DNA of 32,000 nt, from positions 1,127,707 through 1,159,706 of the forward strand of contig NZ_CP010868.1 in assembly GCF_000875775.1 (NCBI RefSeq), in the 5' to 3' direction. A model generated the notes under the pieces. The model worked only from the letters and a program-made list of their open reading frames with translations. It made no database searches and was not told where the DNA came from. The first letter of the stretch is position 1; each line of letters opens with the position of its first letter. The DNA is from Nitrosopumilus piranensis (GTDB lineage Archaea > Thermoproteota > Nitrososphaeria > Nitrososphaerales > Nitrosopumilaceae). Positions 9,701 through 18,490 of the stretch are shown piece by piece. The position numbers and the translations under genes were made by a program.

Positions 9701-10814
9701 ACTTGACTTTGTCGATGCAGAGTTACAAGCAATAAAGCAAAACAATCTCTATCGAGAATTACGATATGGGAAAGCTCAAGGCTCCCACATCACAATTAAT
9801 GGAAAAAAATTAATCAATTTATGCTCAAATGACTATCTAGGAATTCCTACAACAAGGATTCAAGTGAGTCAACTCCAATCAAGTTCTAGACTTGTATCAG
9901 GCAATGACGAGTCATACAAAAAATTAGAAAAAATTCTTGCAAAACACAAATCACAGCAAAACAGTTTAATTTATCCTACAGGATACATGGCAAACCTGGG
10001 TTCAATTTCAGCAATTGCAAGAAAAGGAGACTTGATTCTAAGTGATGAGTTAAACCATACAAGCATTATTGAATCATGTAAGTTATCGGATGCAAGAGTT
10101 CTAGTTTACAAGCATAATGACATAAAAGATTTGCAAACAAAATTAAAACAAAAAGGAAAAAACAAGTTTGTAATCACTGAGGGAATATTTAGTATGGATG
10201 GAGACATGTCAAAACTAAAACAAATCACAGAGATATCTCAAAAAACAGATGCAATTACAATAGTAGATGATGCACATGGAGACTTTGTAATAGGAAAAGA
10301 CGGAAAGGGAACACCAAATTATTTTAATGTTGGAAAAAAGATTGACATGTATATTAGTAGTCTAAGCAAAGGACTAGGATCATTTGGAGGATACGTTGCA
10401 GCAAAAAACAATGTAATTGACTTGTGCATAAACAGATCAAAATCATTTATCTATACATCAGCACTTCCTTCATTTTTAGTAGAATATTCATTAAAAAGAT
10501 TCAATTCAAATAGAGAAAAACAAAAACTGAAACTAGAAAAAAACACAAAAAAATTAACAAAAGGACTCAAAGAGATTGGTTTTAAAATAAACTCAAAATC
10601 TCAAATCATACCAATTATTATCGGAAATGAGAAATCCGCAATGGACTTTGGGAAATTCTTATTTGAAAATGGGGTATTTGCTCAGCCAATTCGATACCCA
10701 ACAGTTCCAAAAAACCAGGCAAGGCTTAGAATATCGGTAACTGCATGGCTAAAAGACAAGGATATTGAAAAATCGCTTGAAATATTCAAAAAGGCATACT
10801 TGAAATTTTGCTAA
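9675..10814 (+). CDS. bioF: 8-amino-7-oxononanoate synthase BioF (PLP-dependent, class II aminotransferase fold)
   Basis: 379 aa with a TTG start overlapping the bioB end by 26 nt. NDYLG, GYMANLG, DDAHG and the PLP-lysine segment SSLSKGLGSFGGY. Adjacent to bioB. Confidence 0.85.
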   Translation: MKKLASRHKLDFVDAELQAIKQNNLYRELRYGKAQGSHITINGKKLINLCSNDYLGIPTTRIQVSQLQSSSRLVSGNDESYKKLEKILAKHKSQQNSLIYPTGYMANLGSISAIARKGDLILSDELNHTSIIESCKLSDARVLVYKHNDIKDLQTKLKQKGKNKFVITEGIFSMDGDMSKLKQITEISQKTDAITIVDDAHGDFVIGKDGKGTPNYFNVGKKIDMYISSLSKGLGSFGGYVAAKNNVIDLCINRSKSFIYTSALPSFLVEYSLKRFNSNREKQKLKLEKNTKKLTKGLKEIGFKINSKSQIIPIIIGNEKSAMDFGKFLFENGVFAQPIRYPTVPKNQARLRISVTAWLKDKDIEKSLEIFKKAYLKFC

Positions 10815-10919
10815 TTATCTCATAGCGTCAAAGCCACCAAACATTGGAGACCCAATTAGAACAGCAGCCACAACGATTAGTCCTAAAACAACTCCAACTA
10901 CTATGAATCGCTTGTTCAT
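10815..10919 (-). CDS. Possible 34-aa single-TM micro-protein
   Basis: Own translation: MNKRFIVVGVVLGLIVVAAVLIGSPMFGGFDAMR*. ATG start and a clean hydrophobic helix. Abuts the bioF stop and is divergent from ccdA. Below the track size cut-off. Confidence 0.4.
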   Translation of the reverse strand: MNKRFIVVGVVLGLIVVAAVLIGSPMFGGFDAMR

Positions 10920-11015
10920 GCCAAAATTTGGTATAACCCAGTTAAAAACGGATTGTATCGACATATGATAAAAATCTGGAAGAATGCTTTAATGGAAAAA
11001 TTGTAAATCTAGTGT

Positions 11016-11750
11016 GTGACAGAAATAACACTAGCAGTTGCAGCATTAGCAGGATTAAGCTCATTTGTAGCTCCGTGCATATTACCAATGATTCCTGCAT
11101 TTCTTGCATATATCTCAGGAACTACTCTTTCAGAATTGAATCAAAAAGATGGAATAAAAACAGTATCAATTAACAGATCAAACATCATTTTAAATTCAGT
11201 ATTTTTCGTGTTAGGTTTCTCGGTAGTGTTTTCCACATTAGGAGTTATAATTAACAGTACACTGTCATCATCATCAGGCGAACTAGTAGAAGGACTCAAT
11301 CAGATAGGAGGAGCAATCATAGTAGCATTTGGCATATTCTTGCTTCTTTCAATGAAAATAAACAAACTAAACATGGAAAAAAAATTCTTTCCAAAAAGAG
11401 CAAAAGCAAGTTATCCAATGTCATTTGTTTTTGGTTTAGCATTTGCAGCAGGATGGACACCATGTGTAGGACCAATACTAGGAACAATACTTACACTTGC
11501 AGCAACAACGCCATCAGTTGCATTTAATCTACTATTAGTATACTCATTTGGATTAGGAATTCCATTTATTTTGATTGGTGTGTTTTATTCAAGAGCAAAC
11601 AAAATTATTTGCTCAATGAGTAAGCATCTAAAATATTACAATATTGTTTTAGGTGGATTTATTGTGATTTTAGGAGTTCTAGTATACACAAATCAACTAG
11701 CATATATTGCCAACTTTCCACTTCTCAATGAATTATTATTTCTAGGGTAA
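11016..11750 (+). CDS. ccdA: Cytochrome c biogenesis / thiol:disulfide electron transporter CcdA (DsbD transmembrane-domain family)
   Basis: 244 aa with a GTG start. Polytopic membrane protein with the two conserved Cys-containing helices APCILPMIPAF and GWTPCVGPILG. Confidence 0.85.
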   Translation: MTEITLAVAALAGLSSFVAPCILPMIPAFLAYISGTTLSELNQKDGIKTVSINRSNIILNSVFFVLGFSVVFSTLGVIINSTLSSSSGELVEGLNQIGGAIIVAFGIFLLLSMKINKLNMEKKFFPKRAKASYPMSFVFGLAFAAGWTPCVGPILGTILTLAATTPSVAFNLLLVYSFGLGIPFILIGVFYSRANKIICSMSKHLKYYNIVLGGFIVILGVLVYTNQLAYIANFPLLNELLFLG

Positions 11751-11754
11751 TAAA

Positions 11755-12855
11755 ATGAAATCAGAAATTAAAACAGCAGTCATTTTGGCGGTAGTCATAG
11801 GTATGGGAATAGCTGCAATAAGCATATCATTTTCTACACTTGATGAGACAAATGTCTCAAACATTACCAATCAAGATACTAGTAAAATAGACAAATCAGG
11901 ATTCAAAATGGCTCCTGACTTGGTAGGTATTGCACACTATCTGAATACAACACCTGAAGAACTGTCTCAAGAGATGGAGGGAAAAATTGTGTTATATGAT
12001 ATTTGGACATATAGTTGCATTAATTGCATCAGAACACTTCCATATATCACAGCATGGGATGACAAATATTCTGATCAAGGATTATTAATTATTGGAGTTC
12101 ATTCTCCTGAATTTGAATTTGAAAAAGATCCTGAAAATGTAAAAATGTCAATTGACAAACATGGAATAGACTATCCAGTTGTAATGGATAACGATATGGA
12201 AACATGGAAAGCATTTGAAAACAGATACTGGCCAAGAAAATACATTGCAGACCATGAAGGATATATCAGATATGATCATATTGGCGAAGGAGGATACCAA
12301 GAAACTGAAAAAGTGATTCAGCAATTACTAAAAGAAAGATCAGATGCATTAGGAATTCAAACTACATTAGCTTCATCGCTAGTAGATATTGAAGAGTTTG
12401 AGCATACATTGTTTAGAACACCAGAATTGTACTTTGGGTACTACTTTGCACAAAATAGAAATCAGTTAGGTAGTGAAGAAGGATTCCAACCAGGAAAAAC
12501 AGTAGTGTATGAAGAATCAGAAAAAATTGAACTACATAAATTCTATCCAATAGGGACTTGGAAAAATAACAAGGACAACATGGAGTTAATTTCAGATGCT
12601 GGAAAAATCAAATTGTTATACAATGCAAAGGAAGTAAACATTGTTACTGCAAGTAATGCCGAGTTGGAGATTTTTCTTGACGGGGAAGAATTGCCTGAAC
12701 AATATTCTGGAACAGACATACAAACAAGAAACATTCTAAGGGTTTCAGAGCCAGGGTTGTATAACATTATCAGCAGTGAGGATAGTGCATCCCACGTATT
12801 AGAAATCAAAGTTACTGGTTCTGGCTTTGAAATATTCACATTTACCTTCGGGTAG
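11755..12855 (+). CDS. Membrane-anchored thioredoxin-fold (redoxin/TlpA-like) protein with an extra C-terminal domain
   Basis: 366 aa. N-terminal TM anchor, then YDIWTYSCINCIRTLPY (CxxC) and IIGVHSPEFEFEKD, typical of the DipZ/TlpA redoxin domain. A ~150-aa beta-rich C-terminal domain follows. Begins 4 nt after ccdA. Confidence 0.8.
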   Translation: MKSEIKTAVILAVVIGMGIAAISISFSTLDETNVSNITNQDTSKIDKSGFKMAPDLVGIAHYLNTTPEELSQEMEGKIVLYDIWTYSCINCIRTLPYITAWDDKYSDQGLLIIGVHSPEFEFEKDPENVKMSIDKHGIDYPVVMDNDMETWKAFENRYWPRKYIADHEGYIRYDHIGEGGYQETEKVIQQLLKERSDALGIQTTLASSLVDIEEFEHTLFRTPELYFGYYFAQNRNQLGSEEGFQPGKTVVYEESEKIELHKFYPIGTWKNNKDNMELISDAGKIKLLYNAKEVNIVTASNAELEIFLDGEELPEQYSGTDIQTRNILRVSEPGLYNIISSEDSASHVLEIKVTGSGFEIFTFTFG

Positions 12856-12946
12856 TGTAACCATAACTGTCTGTCACTCCAGTTACACTAGCTGCAGTGA
12901 CAAATCTCTTTAAAACAAAATTTTTGACCAATATCGAGAATCAGAT

Positions 12947-13597
12947 ATGCTAAGCAATTCTTGGAATAAATCACAGGGAGAAAGTATTTCCCAAAAAGTA
13001 ATGGGAAAGGTACGACCTGATGAACCATTAAAGAATAAAATTGACTTTGCACAGAAAAAATTACAATTTCAAATTTCAAAATTAGAAGGAATAAATGAAA
13101 AACTTAGAGTAAAACATGATCAGATTTTTGATAAAATAGTTGTGGCTCACAAAAATAACAAGAATGCCTATGCACAAGCATATGCAAACGAATTGGCACA
13201 AGTAAGAAAGATGAAAAATATGGTAAGTGGTGCCAAACTTTCAATGGAGCAAGTAAAACTTAGACTAGATACAGTTTCAGAATTAGGAGACGTGGTAGTT
13301 ACCCTTAGTCCTTGTATGTCAATTATCAAGGGATTGGCTCCATCACTTAATGGAATTATGCCAGAGGCAAATGCATCAATGCAAGACTTGTCATCAATAC
13401 TCGGAGATGTAATGTCAGGCTCATCAATGGAATTAGGAGATACTATGAATGTGGGTGCAGAAACTAATGCAGACACACTAGCAATATTAGAAGAAGCACA
13501 AGGTGTTATTTCAGGTCAAACAAAAGCTTCTATTCCAGATGTTCCTGATACACTCAAACAACAAATTGTTGAAAGAAAATCCGACGTTTTCATTTAG
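12947..13597 (+). CDS. cdvB: ESCRT-III (Snf7/Vps2-like) protein, CdvB family paralogue
   Basis: 216 aa. Long heptad-like helical N-terminal hairpin (KIDFAQKKLQFQISKLEGINEKLRVKHDQIFDKIV...AYANELAQVRKMKNMV). Acidic, low-complexity C-terminus with ADTLAILEEAQ. Assignment is by pattern and composition, not by search. Confidence 0.7.
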   Translation: MLSNSWNKSQGESISQKVMGKVRPDEPLKNKIDFAQKKLQFQISKLEGINEKLRVKHDQIFDKIVVAHKNNKNAYAQAYANELAQVRKMKNMVSGAKLSMEQVKLRLDTVSELGDVVVTLSPCMSIIKGLAPSLNGIMPEANASMQDLSSILGDVMSGSSMELGDTMNVGAETNADTLAILEEAQGVISGQTKASIPDVPDTLKQQIVERKSDVFI

Positions 13598-13931
13598 ATT
13601 TCTTTTTACTTTTTTGAATTAGAATTTTCTTTATTCTAGAAATTGTTGGATAGCTGTATCCGCGTCTTCTATAATTTGCAATCATCATCTTCCAATTTTT
13701 TAATCTCCATTGAGCTTGTTCAGTAGTTACAGAGTGAACTTCTTTTTGGATAATGCTTTTTCTTCCAACCTTTAGAGTTCCTGCATCTTTTGCAGACCAT
13801 CTATTTTTTGCAAATTTTAATCCAGTAAGAATTTGATCAACAGGCATTTCTTTGAAATAATCTTTGAGTTTTTTTAATTCTAAATCAGTAGGTTTTGCAG
13901 AAATAGGTAACTCAATAGTAGGTTTTGCCAT
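13590..13931 (-). CDS. Hypothetical basic protein (113 aa)
   Basis: Intact ATG ORF, convergent with the cdvB-like gene and overlapping it by 8 nt. Lys/Arg-rich C-terminus (KKILIQKSKKKSK). No family recognised. Confidence 0.5.
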   Translation of the reverse strand: MAKPTIELPISAKPTDLELKKLKDYFKEMPVDQILTGLKFAKNRWSAKDAGTLKVGRKSIIQKEVHSVTTEQAQWRLKNWKMMIANYRRRGYSYPTISRIKKILIQKSKKKSK

Positions 13932-14003
13932 GAAGCATCTATTGAGTTGTGCTTTAAGAGAATCTTGCTAAACCAGAATTAACTAAAGCTAGAAAATATT
14001 GAG

Positions 14004-14123
14004 TCAACAAGGCAAAGAAACAAGAGCATTTTTGCACAATGTCATATACATTCCAGCACCAATAATCAGGGTAGCAAATGCAGCCAGAGGTATCAAAATA
14101 AAGAAATTAGTTTTACGACCCAT
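14004..14123 (-). CDS. Possible 39-aa membrane micro-protein
   Basis: Own translation: MGRKTNFFILIPLAAFATLIIGAGMYMTLCKNALVSLPC*. Lies 40 nt downstream of the DUF371 gene on the same strand. It competes with the implausible plus-strand track ORF 13999..14211. Confidence 0.3.
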   Translation of the reverse strand: MGRKTNFFILIPLAAFATLIIGAGMYMTLCKNALVSLPC

Positions 14124-14163
14124 TAAACAAAATACAGTTGATGCCTATAAAATTGTCACAGTT

Positions 14164-14580
14164 TTAATCAACTGTAATGGCAAAAGTACCTTTAGTTTTT
14201 GGATCTTGTAACAATGAAACCATTTTTCTAGGTAGTAAATCAGATGCCTTATCACAATTTACTGCAAGGGTTCTAGGACATACAAAATCGCTTTTTCTAA
14301 TTACAATGTCATCAGTGTGTGAAAGGATAAGATCAGGGTGTCCTTTTCCCTCTACAGTGAAATTATGATCTCCAACACTAATGGAAAATGTAACAATTGA
14401 GTTAGAATTTTTGAGTTTATCTTTTAGATTTTGAGGCAAATCTGCACATGCGTAATTTGCACAAACTCCAATGATGCAATCGCCTTGCGGAGTCAAATGA
14501 GAATCTTTTGTAATCTCTATAGTCTTTTGATGATTTGATCTAATATTTTCATGGCCTGAAAATTCAATTTCGAATCTCAC
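14164..14580 (-). CDS. DUF371-family protein (conserved archaeal, unknown function)
   Basis: 138 aa. FSGHENIRSNHQKTIEITKDSHLTPQGDCIIGV matches my recollection of the DUF371 signature (GH.NI.A.H.TT.E.TKD..LT..GDCI.GV). Confidence 0.65.
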   Translation of the reverse strand: MRFEIEFSGHENIRSNHQKTIEITKDSHLTPQGDCIIGVCANYACADLPQNLKDKLKNSNSIVTFSISVGDHNFTVEGKGHPDLILSHTDDIVIRKSDFVCPRTLAVNCDKASDLLPRKMVSLLQDPKTKGTFAITVD

Positions 14581-14632
14581 GGCAAATTAGATAGGCTAGA
14601 CTTAAATTAAACTTTCAGAGCATTTGAATCAA

Positions 14633-15370
14633 ATGCTTCCTGCACAACAAGGTTATGATAGAGCAATTACAGTATTTTCGCCAGATGGCAGGTTATACCA
14701 AGTAGAATATGCAATTGAGACTGTAAGAAGAGGAACAATTGCAGTTGGTATCAAATGTAAAGATGGCATCGTAATTGCAGTAGAAGAAAAGCCACGCAAA
14801 TTGCAAATTTCTACAAATGCACAGAAAATTTTCCAAATTGATGATCATGTAGGAGTTGCAGCTGCAGGATATATCCCAGATGCAAGAAGTCAAGTTGACA
14901 ATGCACGATTCTTTTCTCAAAGTAACAAAATGATTTATGATGAACCAGTAGAGGTTGAAACGATTGCTAAACACTTAGCTGATCAATCTCAACAATATAC
15001 ACAATATGCAGGAGTAAGACCATTTGGTGTTGCATTAATTCTTGGCGGAGTGGTTAACAACAACCCACAATTGTATTTGACTGATCCAAGTGGAACATAC
15101 ATCTCTTATGATGCAATTGCAATTGGTTCAGGTTCTGATCAAGTAACTGACTTTTTAGAAAAAACATACAAAAAAGATCTTTCGTTAGAAGATGCGTCAG
15201 CATTAGCTGCAGCAGGAATTTATCTATCAAGTGAAGATAAGGAGGGAACTAGTCATATCAGAATGGCACATATCAAAACAGATACTGGTTTGTATGAAAT
15301 AGTTTCAGAAGAGCAGATTGCAAACTATGCAAACACTGCCAAAGAAAAATATCCACACGACAAAAATTAA
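14633..15370 (+). CDS. psmA: Proteasome alpha subunit
   Basis: YDRAITVFSPDGRLYQVEYA is the hallmark alpha-subunit N-terminus. The track ORF starts at TTG 14624; ATG 14633 (MLPAQQGYD) is more likely. Confidence 0.95.
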   Translation: MLPAQQGYDRAITVFSPDGRLYQVEYAIETVRRGTIAVGIKCKDGIVIAVEEKPRKLQISTNAQKIFQIDDHVGVAAAGYIPDARSQVDNARFFSQSNKMIYDEPVEVETIAKHLADQSQQYTQYAGVRPFGVALILGGVVNNNPQLYLTDPSGTYISYDAIAIGSGSDQVTDFLEKTYKKDLSLEDASALAAAGIYLSSEDKEGTSHIRMAHIKTDTGLYEIVSEEQIANYANTAKEKYPHDKN

Positions 15371-15401
15371 TTGTTTTATCTGTTTGTGAGACTCGATTAT
15401 A

Positions 15402-16214
15402 GTGAAATTATCTGTTGCAATTCCTGAATCGTCGTTATCAGATGAATCATTAAAGATAGACAAGACTAGAAAAATTTCAGTACTGGCAAGAGCATGTGCA
15501 ATTTTCAAAGTTGATACAATCTATGTTTACCAAGAAGGAAACAACAAACAAGATGGAAATCTCATGATTATGATTTTAAAATATCTAGAAACACCTCAGT
15601 TTTTGCGAAGAAGAATGTTTCCAAAAATGAATGATTTAAAATTTGCAGGAGTGTTACAACCATTAAAAATTCCTAGCCATATAACACCTGCAAACCCAAA
15701 AAAAATCAACAGAGGAGATGTCAGAGAAGGAATAGTCGTTAGTGTAAAGGGAAAAAGATTTGTAGATGTGGGCATAAACCAACTAATTCCATTTTTTGGA
15801 AAAACTTCAATTGGTAAAAGAGTAACAATTCAATTCAAAGAAGGACATCCAAATTTTTCAGTTAAAGAGATTAACAAAAGTGAGGCACCAGCATATTGGG
15901 GATATTCTGTAAAAGAAAGAGCAAATCTCTTCTCAGTACTATCAGAATGGAAGGGAAACATAATACTTACATCAAGAAAAGGCAAGACTGCAACAAAAGA
16001 ACAAATTGCAAAATATACAAAATCAGATCAACCAACACTGGTTGTGTTTGGCTCTCCAGAGAAAGGAATTCATGAGATCCTAGGAGGAAAGATGAAAAAT
16101 GTGCAAAACGCAAAATCTCTAAACTTTTTTCCAAACCAAGCTACCCAAACAGTACGTCTAGAAGAAGCATTACTTGGAACATTATCAATAATTAATGCAC
16201 AAACTACATCATAA
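15402..16214 (+). CDS. SPOUT-superfamily putative RNA methyltransferase (DUF171 / Methyltrn_RNA_3-like)
   Basis: 270 aa with a GTG start. N-terminal LSVAIPESSLSDE...KISVLARACAIFKVDTIYVY and C-terminal TLVVFGSPEKGI...FPNQATQTVRLEEAL fit the trefoil-knot DUF171 family with an inserted OB-like domain. Confidence 0.7.
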   Translation: MKLSVAIPESSLSDESLKIDKTRKISVLARACAIFKVDTIYVYQEGNNKQDGNLMIMILKYLETPQFLRRRMFPKMNDLKFAGVLQPLKIPSHITPANPKKINRGDVREGIVVSVKGKRFVDVGINQLIPFFGKTSIGKRVTIQFKEGHPNFSVKEINKSEAPAYWGYSVKERANLFSVLSEWKGNIILTSRKGKTATKEQIAKYTKSDQPTLVVFGSPEKGIHEILGGKMKNVQNAKSLNFFPNQATQTVRLEEALLGTLSIINAQTTS

Positions 16215-16216
16215 TC

Positions 16217-16327
16217 ATGGCAGAGAGAAAAAATTTTTTGTTGTTGGCAATCGGGGTTGGAGCTGCAGGAATTATCATTGGTGGAATAACAATTTGGAAT
16301 ATGGTAAATGATCTCTTTAGTCCTTAA
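16217..16327 (+). CDS. Possible 36-aa single-TM micro-protein
   Basis: Own translation: MAERKNFLLLAIGVGAAGIIIGGITIWNMVNDLFSP*. The ATG lies 2 nt after the SPOUT gene stop on the same strand. Below the track size cut-off. Confidence 0.4.
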   Translation: MAERKNFLLLAIGVGAAGIIIGGITIWNMVNDLFSP

Positions 16328-16383
16328 TTTTTAGGCACAGTTGGTTAACCAATATTTTTTTAGTAGTTAACGACATCTCACAT

Positions 16384-16396
16384 GGTTTAATAGAGG
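16384..16396 (+). promoter_or_regulatory. Candidate TATA box for the ribosomal-protein operon
   Basis: ggTTTAATAGAgg is centred ~30 nt upstream of the rpl3 ATG (16420). This is consistent with a leaderless or near-leaderless archaeal mRNA. Position-based only. Confidence 0.35.
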
Positions 16397-16419
16397 GCAA
16401 TCGATGATGCGTTTTAGTC

Positions 16420-17415
16420 ATGGGTGCTAGAAAAAGACATTCACCACGTAGAGGAAGCCTTGCGTATTCACCTAGAGTACGTGCCAAAAGCATGGAGGCA
16501 AGAATACGTGCATGGCCAAAGTTAGATTCTGAAGAACCAAAAATTTTAGCTCACTGTGGCTTCAAAGCAGGATGTGTTCAAATTGTCAGTATTGATGATC
16601 GTGAAAAAGTACCTAATGCAGGAAAACAACTAGTAAGTTTGGGAACAGTTCTAGTTACACCACCAGTCTTGATTTTGGGAATTAGAGGTTATTCAAAAGA
16701 TCATGATGGACTACATGCAGAGTTTGATGTTTATGCAGAAGATATTCCAAAAAACATTGCCAAAGAGATTTCACTAAAAAACAAACAAGAAAATGCAATA
16801 GAGAATGCAGAAAAAAGTTTGAAAAAAATTAAAGAAATTTTTGCCATTGTTGCAGTATCACCAAGTGCTGCAGGATTAGAACAAAAGAAACCATACATCT
16901 TTGAAGCTTCAGTTAGTGGAGGAGACATACCAAAACAATTTACACATGTTAAAGAATTACTTGGAAAAGAAATTAAGATTGATCAGATTTTTGAAACCGG
17001 TGCAAGCGTTGATGTTGCAGCAATTACAAAAGGCAAAGGTTGGCAAGGTGTTTTGAAAAGATGGAACGTAAAGAAGAAGCAACACAAATCAAGAAAGACC
17101 GTTAGAGAAGTTGGTTCACTAGGTCCAATCTCCCCACAAAGTGTCATGTATACTGTTCCAAGAGCAGGACAATTTGGATTCCATCAAAGAATAGAATACG
17201 ACAAAAGAATTATGATTATGGGCAATACAGATGACGATAAACTAAAGATAAATCCAGATGGAGGATACAAACATTTTGGTTTAGTTAAAGGAGATTTCAT
17301 CATTCTAAAAGGTTCAGTTCCTGGAACATATAGAAGATTAATCAAACTAAGAAGTCAAATCAGAAATGTTCCAGCCAAAGTTAACAAACCAAATATCTTG
17401 GAGGTAGTAGTATGA
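16420..17415 (+). CDS. rpl3: 50S ribosomal protein uL3
   Basis: 331 aa. MGARKRHSPRRGSLAYSPRVRA and ITKGKGWQGVLKRW are classic archaeal L3. First gene of the cluster. Confidence 0.95.
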   Translation: MGARKRHSPRRGSLAYSPRVRAKSMEARIRAWPKLDSEEPKILAHCGFKAGCVQIVSIDDREKVPNAGKQLVSLGTVLVTPPVLILGIRGYSKDHDGLHAEFDVYAEDIPKNIAKEISLKNKQENAIENAEKSLKKIKEIFAIVAVSPSAAGLEQKKPYIFEASVSGGDIPKQFTHVKELLGKEIKIDQIFETGASVDVAAITKGKGWQGVLKRWNVKKKQHKSRKTVREVGSLGPISPQSVMYTVPRAGQFGFHQRIEYDKRIMIMGNTDDDKLKINPDGGYKHFGLVKGDFIILKGSVPGTYRRLIKLRSQIRNVPAKVNKPNILEVVV

Positions 17416-18227
17416 CTAAAACAGCAGTATACGCAACAACTGGAACCAAAGACGGAGAAGTAGAACTCCCACCAGTATTTGCAACACCATTTAGAAGAGA
17501 ATTGATTCACAAAGCTTTCACTAATCTAACATCACACAAATTCCAACCACAAGGAAGACATCCAACTGCAGGCCAAGACGTAGTTGCAGATTCTAATGAT
17601 CCGCCAACAGGTCAAGGGGTATCTCGTGTAGCAAGAGCACGAGGTGGTGGTGGCGGAAGACAAGGACAAGGTGCAGAAGTAGCATCAACCAGAGGTGGAA
17701 GACAGGCACATCCACCTATTGTTGAGAAAGTAATTTACAAAAAATTAAACAAAAAAGAAAAAAAGTTGGCATTATGTTCTGCAATTGCAGCAACAGCATC
17801 AAAAGACAGAATAGAATCAAGAGGTCATAAGGTAGAAGGAATCGAATCATTTCCAATTGTAGTTTCAGACGACATTGAAGCAGTATCTAAAACAAGTGAA
17901 ATTTCCAAAATACTAGATTCATTAAAACTAACACAAGATCTACAAAGATTACAATCAAGAAAACCACGTTCTGGTCAATCAAGACTCAGAGGAAGAAGTA
18001 AAAAAGTTGGAAAGAGCGTGTTGTTTGTAACTAAAGATTCATCAAATATATCAAAAGCAATTGGCGCACTTCCAGGTGTAGAGGCAACAAGTGTTAAAGA
18101 TTTGAGCGTATTAGATTTAGCTCCGGGTTCAGACCCAATTAGATTAACCGTTTATTCCAAATCCGCAATAGAAGAAATTGGAAAAATAAAATCAACACAT
18201 CTAGAGGTAATGGCGAAAGTACAATGA
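17412..18227 (+). CDS. rpl4: 50S ribosomal protein uL4
   Basis: 271 aa. Extended-loop region SRVARARGGGGGRQGQGAEVASTRGGRQAHPP. Position after uL3, overlapping by 4 nt. Confidence 0.93.
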   Translation: MTKTAVYATTGTKDGEVELPPVFATPFRRELIHKAFTNLTSHKFQPQGRHPTAGQDVVADSNDPPTGQGVSRVARARGGGGGRQGQGAEVASTRGGRQAHPPIVEKVIYKKLNKKEKKLALCSAIAATASKDRIESRGHKVEGIESFPIVVSDDIEAVSKTSEISKILDSLKLTQDLQRLQSRKPRSGQSRLRGRSKKVGKSVLFVTKDSSNISKAIGALPGVEATSVKDLSVLDLAPGSDPIRLTVYSKSAIEEIGKIKSTHLEVMAKVQ

Positions 18228-18490
18228 ATGTAGATCAAGCAAGCAAAATCATAATCAAACCATACATTACTGAAAAGACATTTGCAATGGTGGAAAGTGA
18301 AAGTAAGATTTGCTTCATAGTAGATAGATCAGCAAGCAAACCAGAAATCGCTGATGCAGTTAACACACTATACAAAGAAAAAGTCACTAACGTCAATACA
18401 GCTAGAACAATATATGGCAAGAAAGCATTTGTTCAGTTTGAAAATACAGAAAAAGCAAGAGACCTCGCAACAAAGATAGGAATGCTATAA
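18224..18490 (+). CDS. rpl23: 50S ribosomal protein uL23
   Basis: 88 aa. IIKPYITEKT...FIVDRSASKPEI...V..VNT is the uL23 pattern. Position after uL4. Confidence 0.93.
   Translation: MNVDQASKIIIKPYITEKTFAMVESESKICFIVDRSASKPEIADAVNTLYKEKVTNVNTARTIYGKKAFVQFENTEKARDLATKIGML

Noticed and set aside
12888-13079. 63-aa minus-strand ORF overlapping the start of the CdvB-like gene.
   Set aside because: It is antisense to a well-formed ESCRT-III-like gene and has no supporting features.
13999-14211. 70-aa plus-strand ORF overlapping the 3' end of the DUF371 gene.
   Set aside because: It overlaps a better-supported gene on the opposite strand and has an implausible sequence. The minus-strand 39-aa ORF is a (weak) better alternative.
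16395-16412. Possible C/D-box sRNA signal (cgATGATGcg) upstream of rpl3.
   Set aside because: The C box is imperfect (ATGATGC rather than RUGAUGA). There is no matching D box (CUGA) or terminal stem at an appropriate distance.
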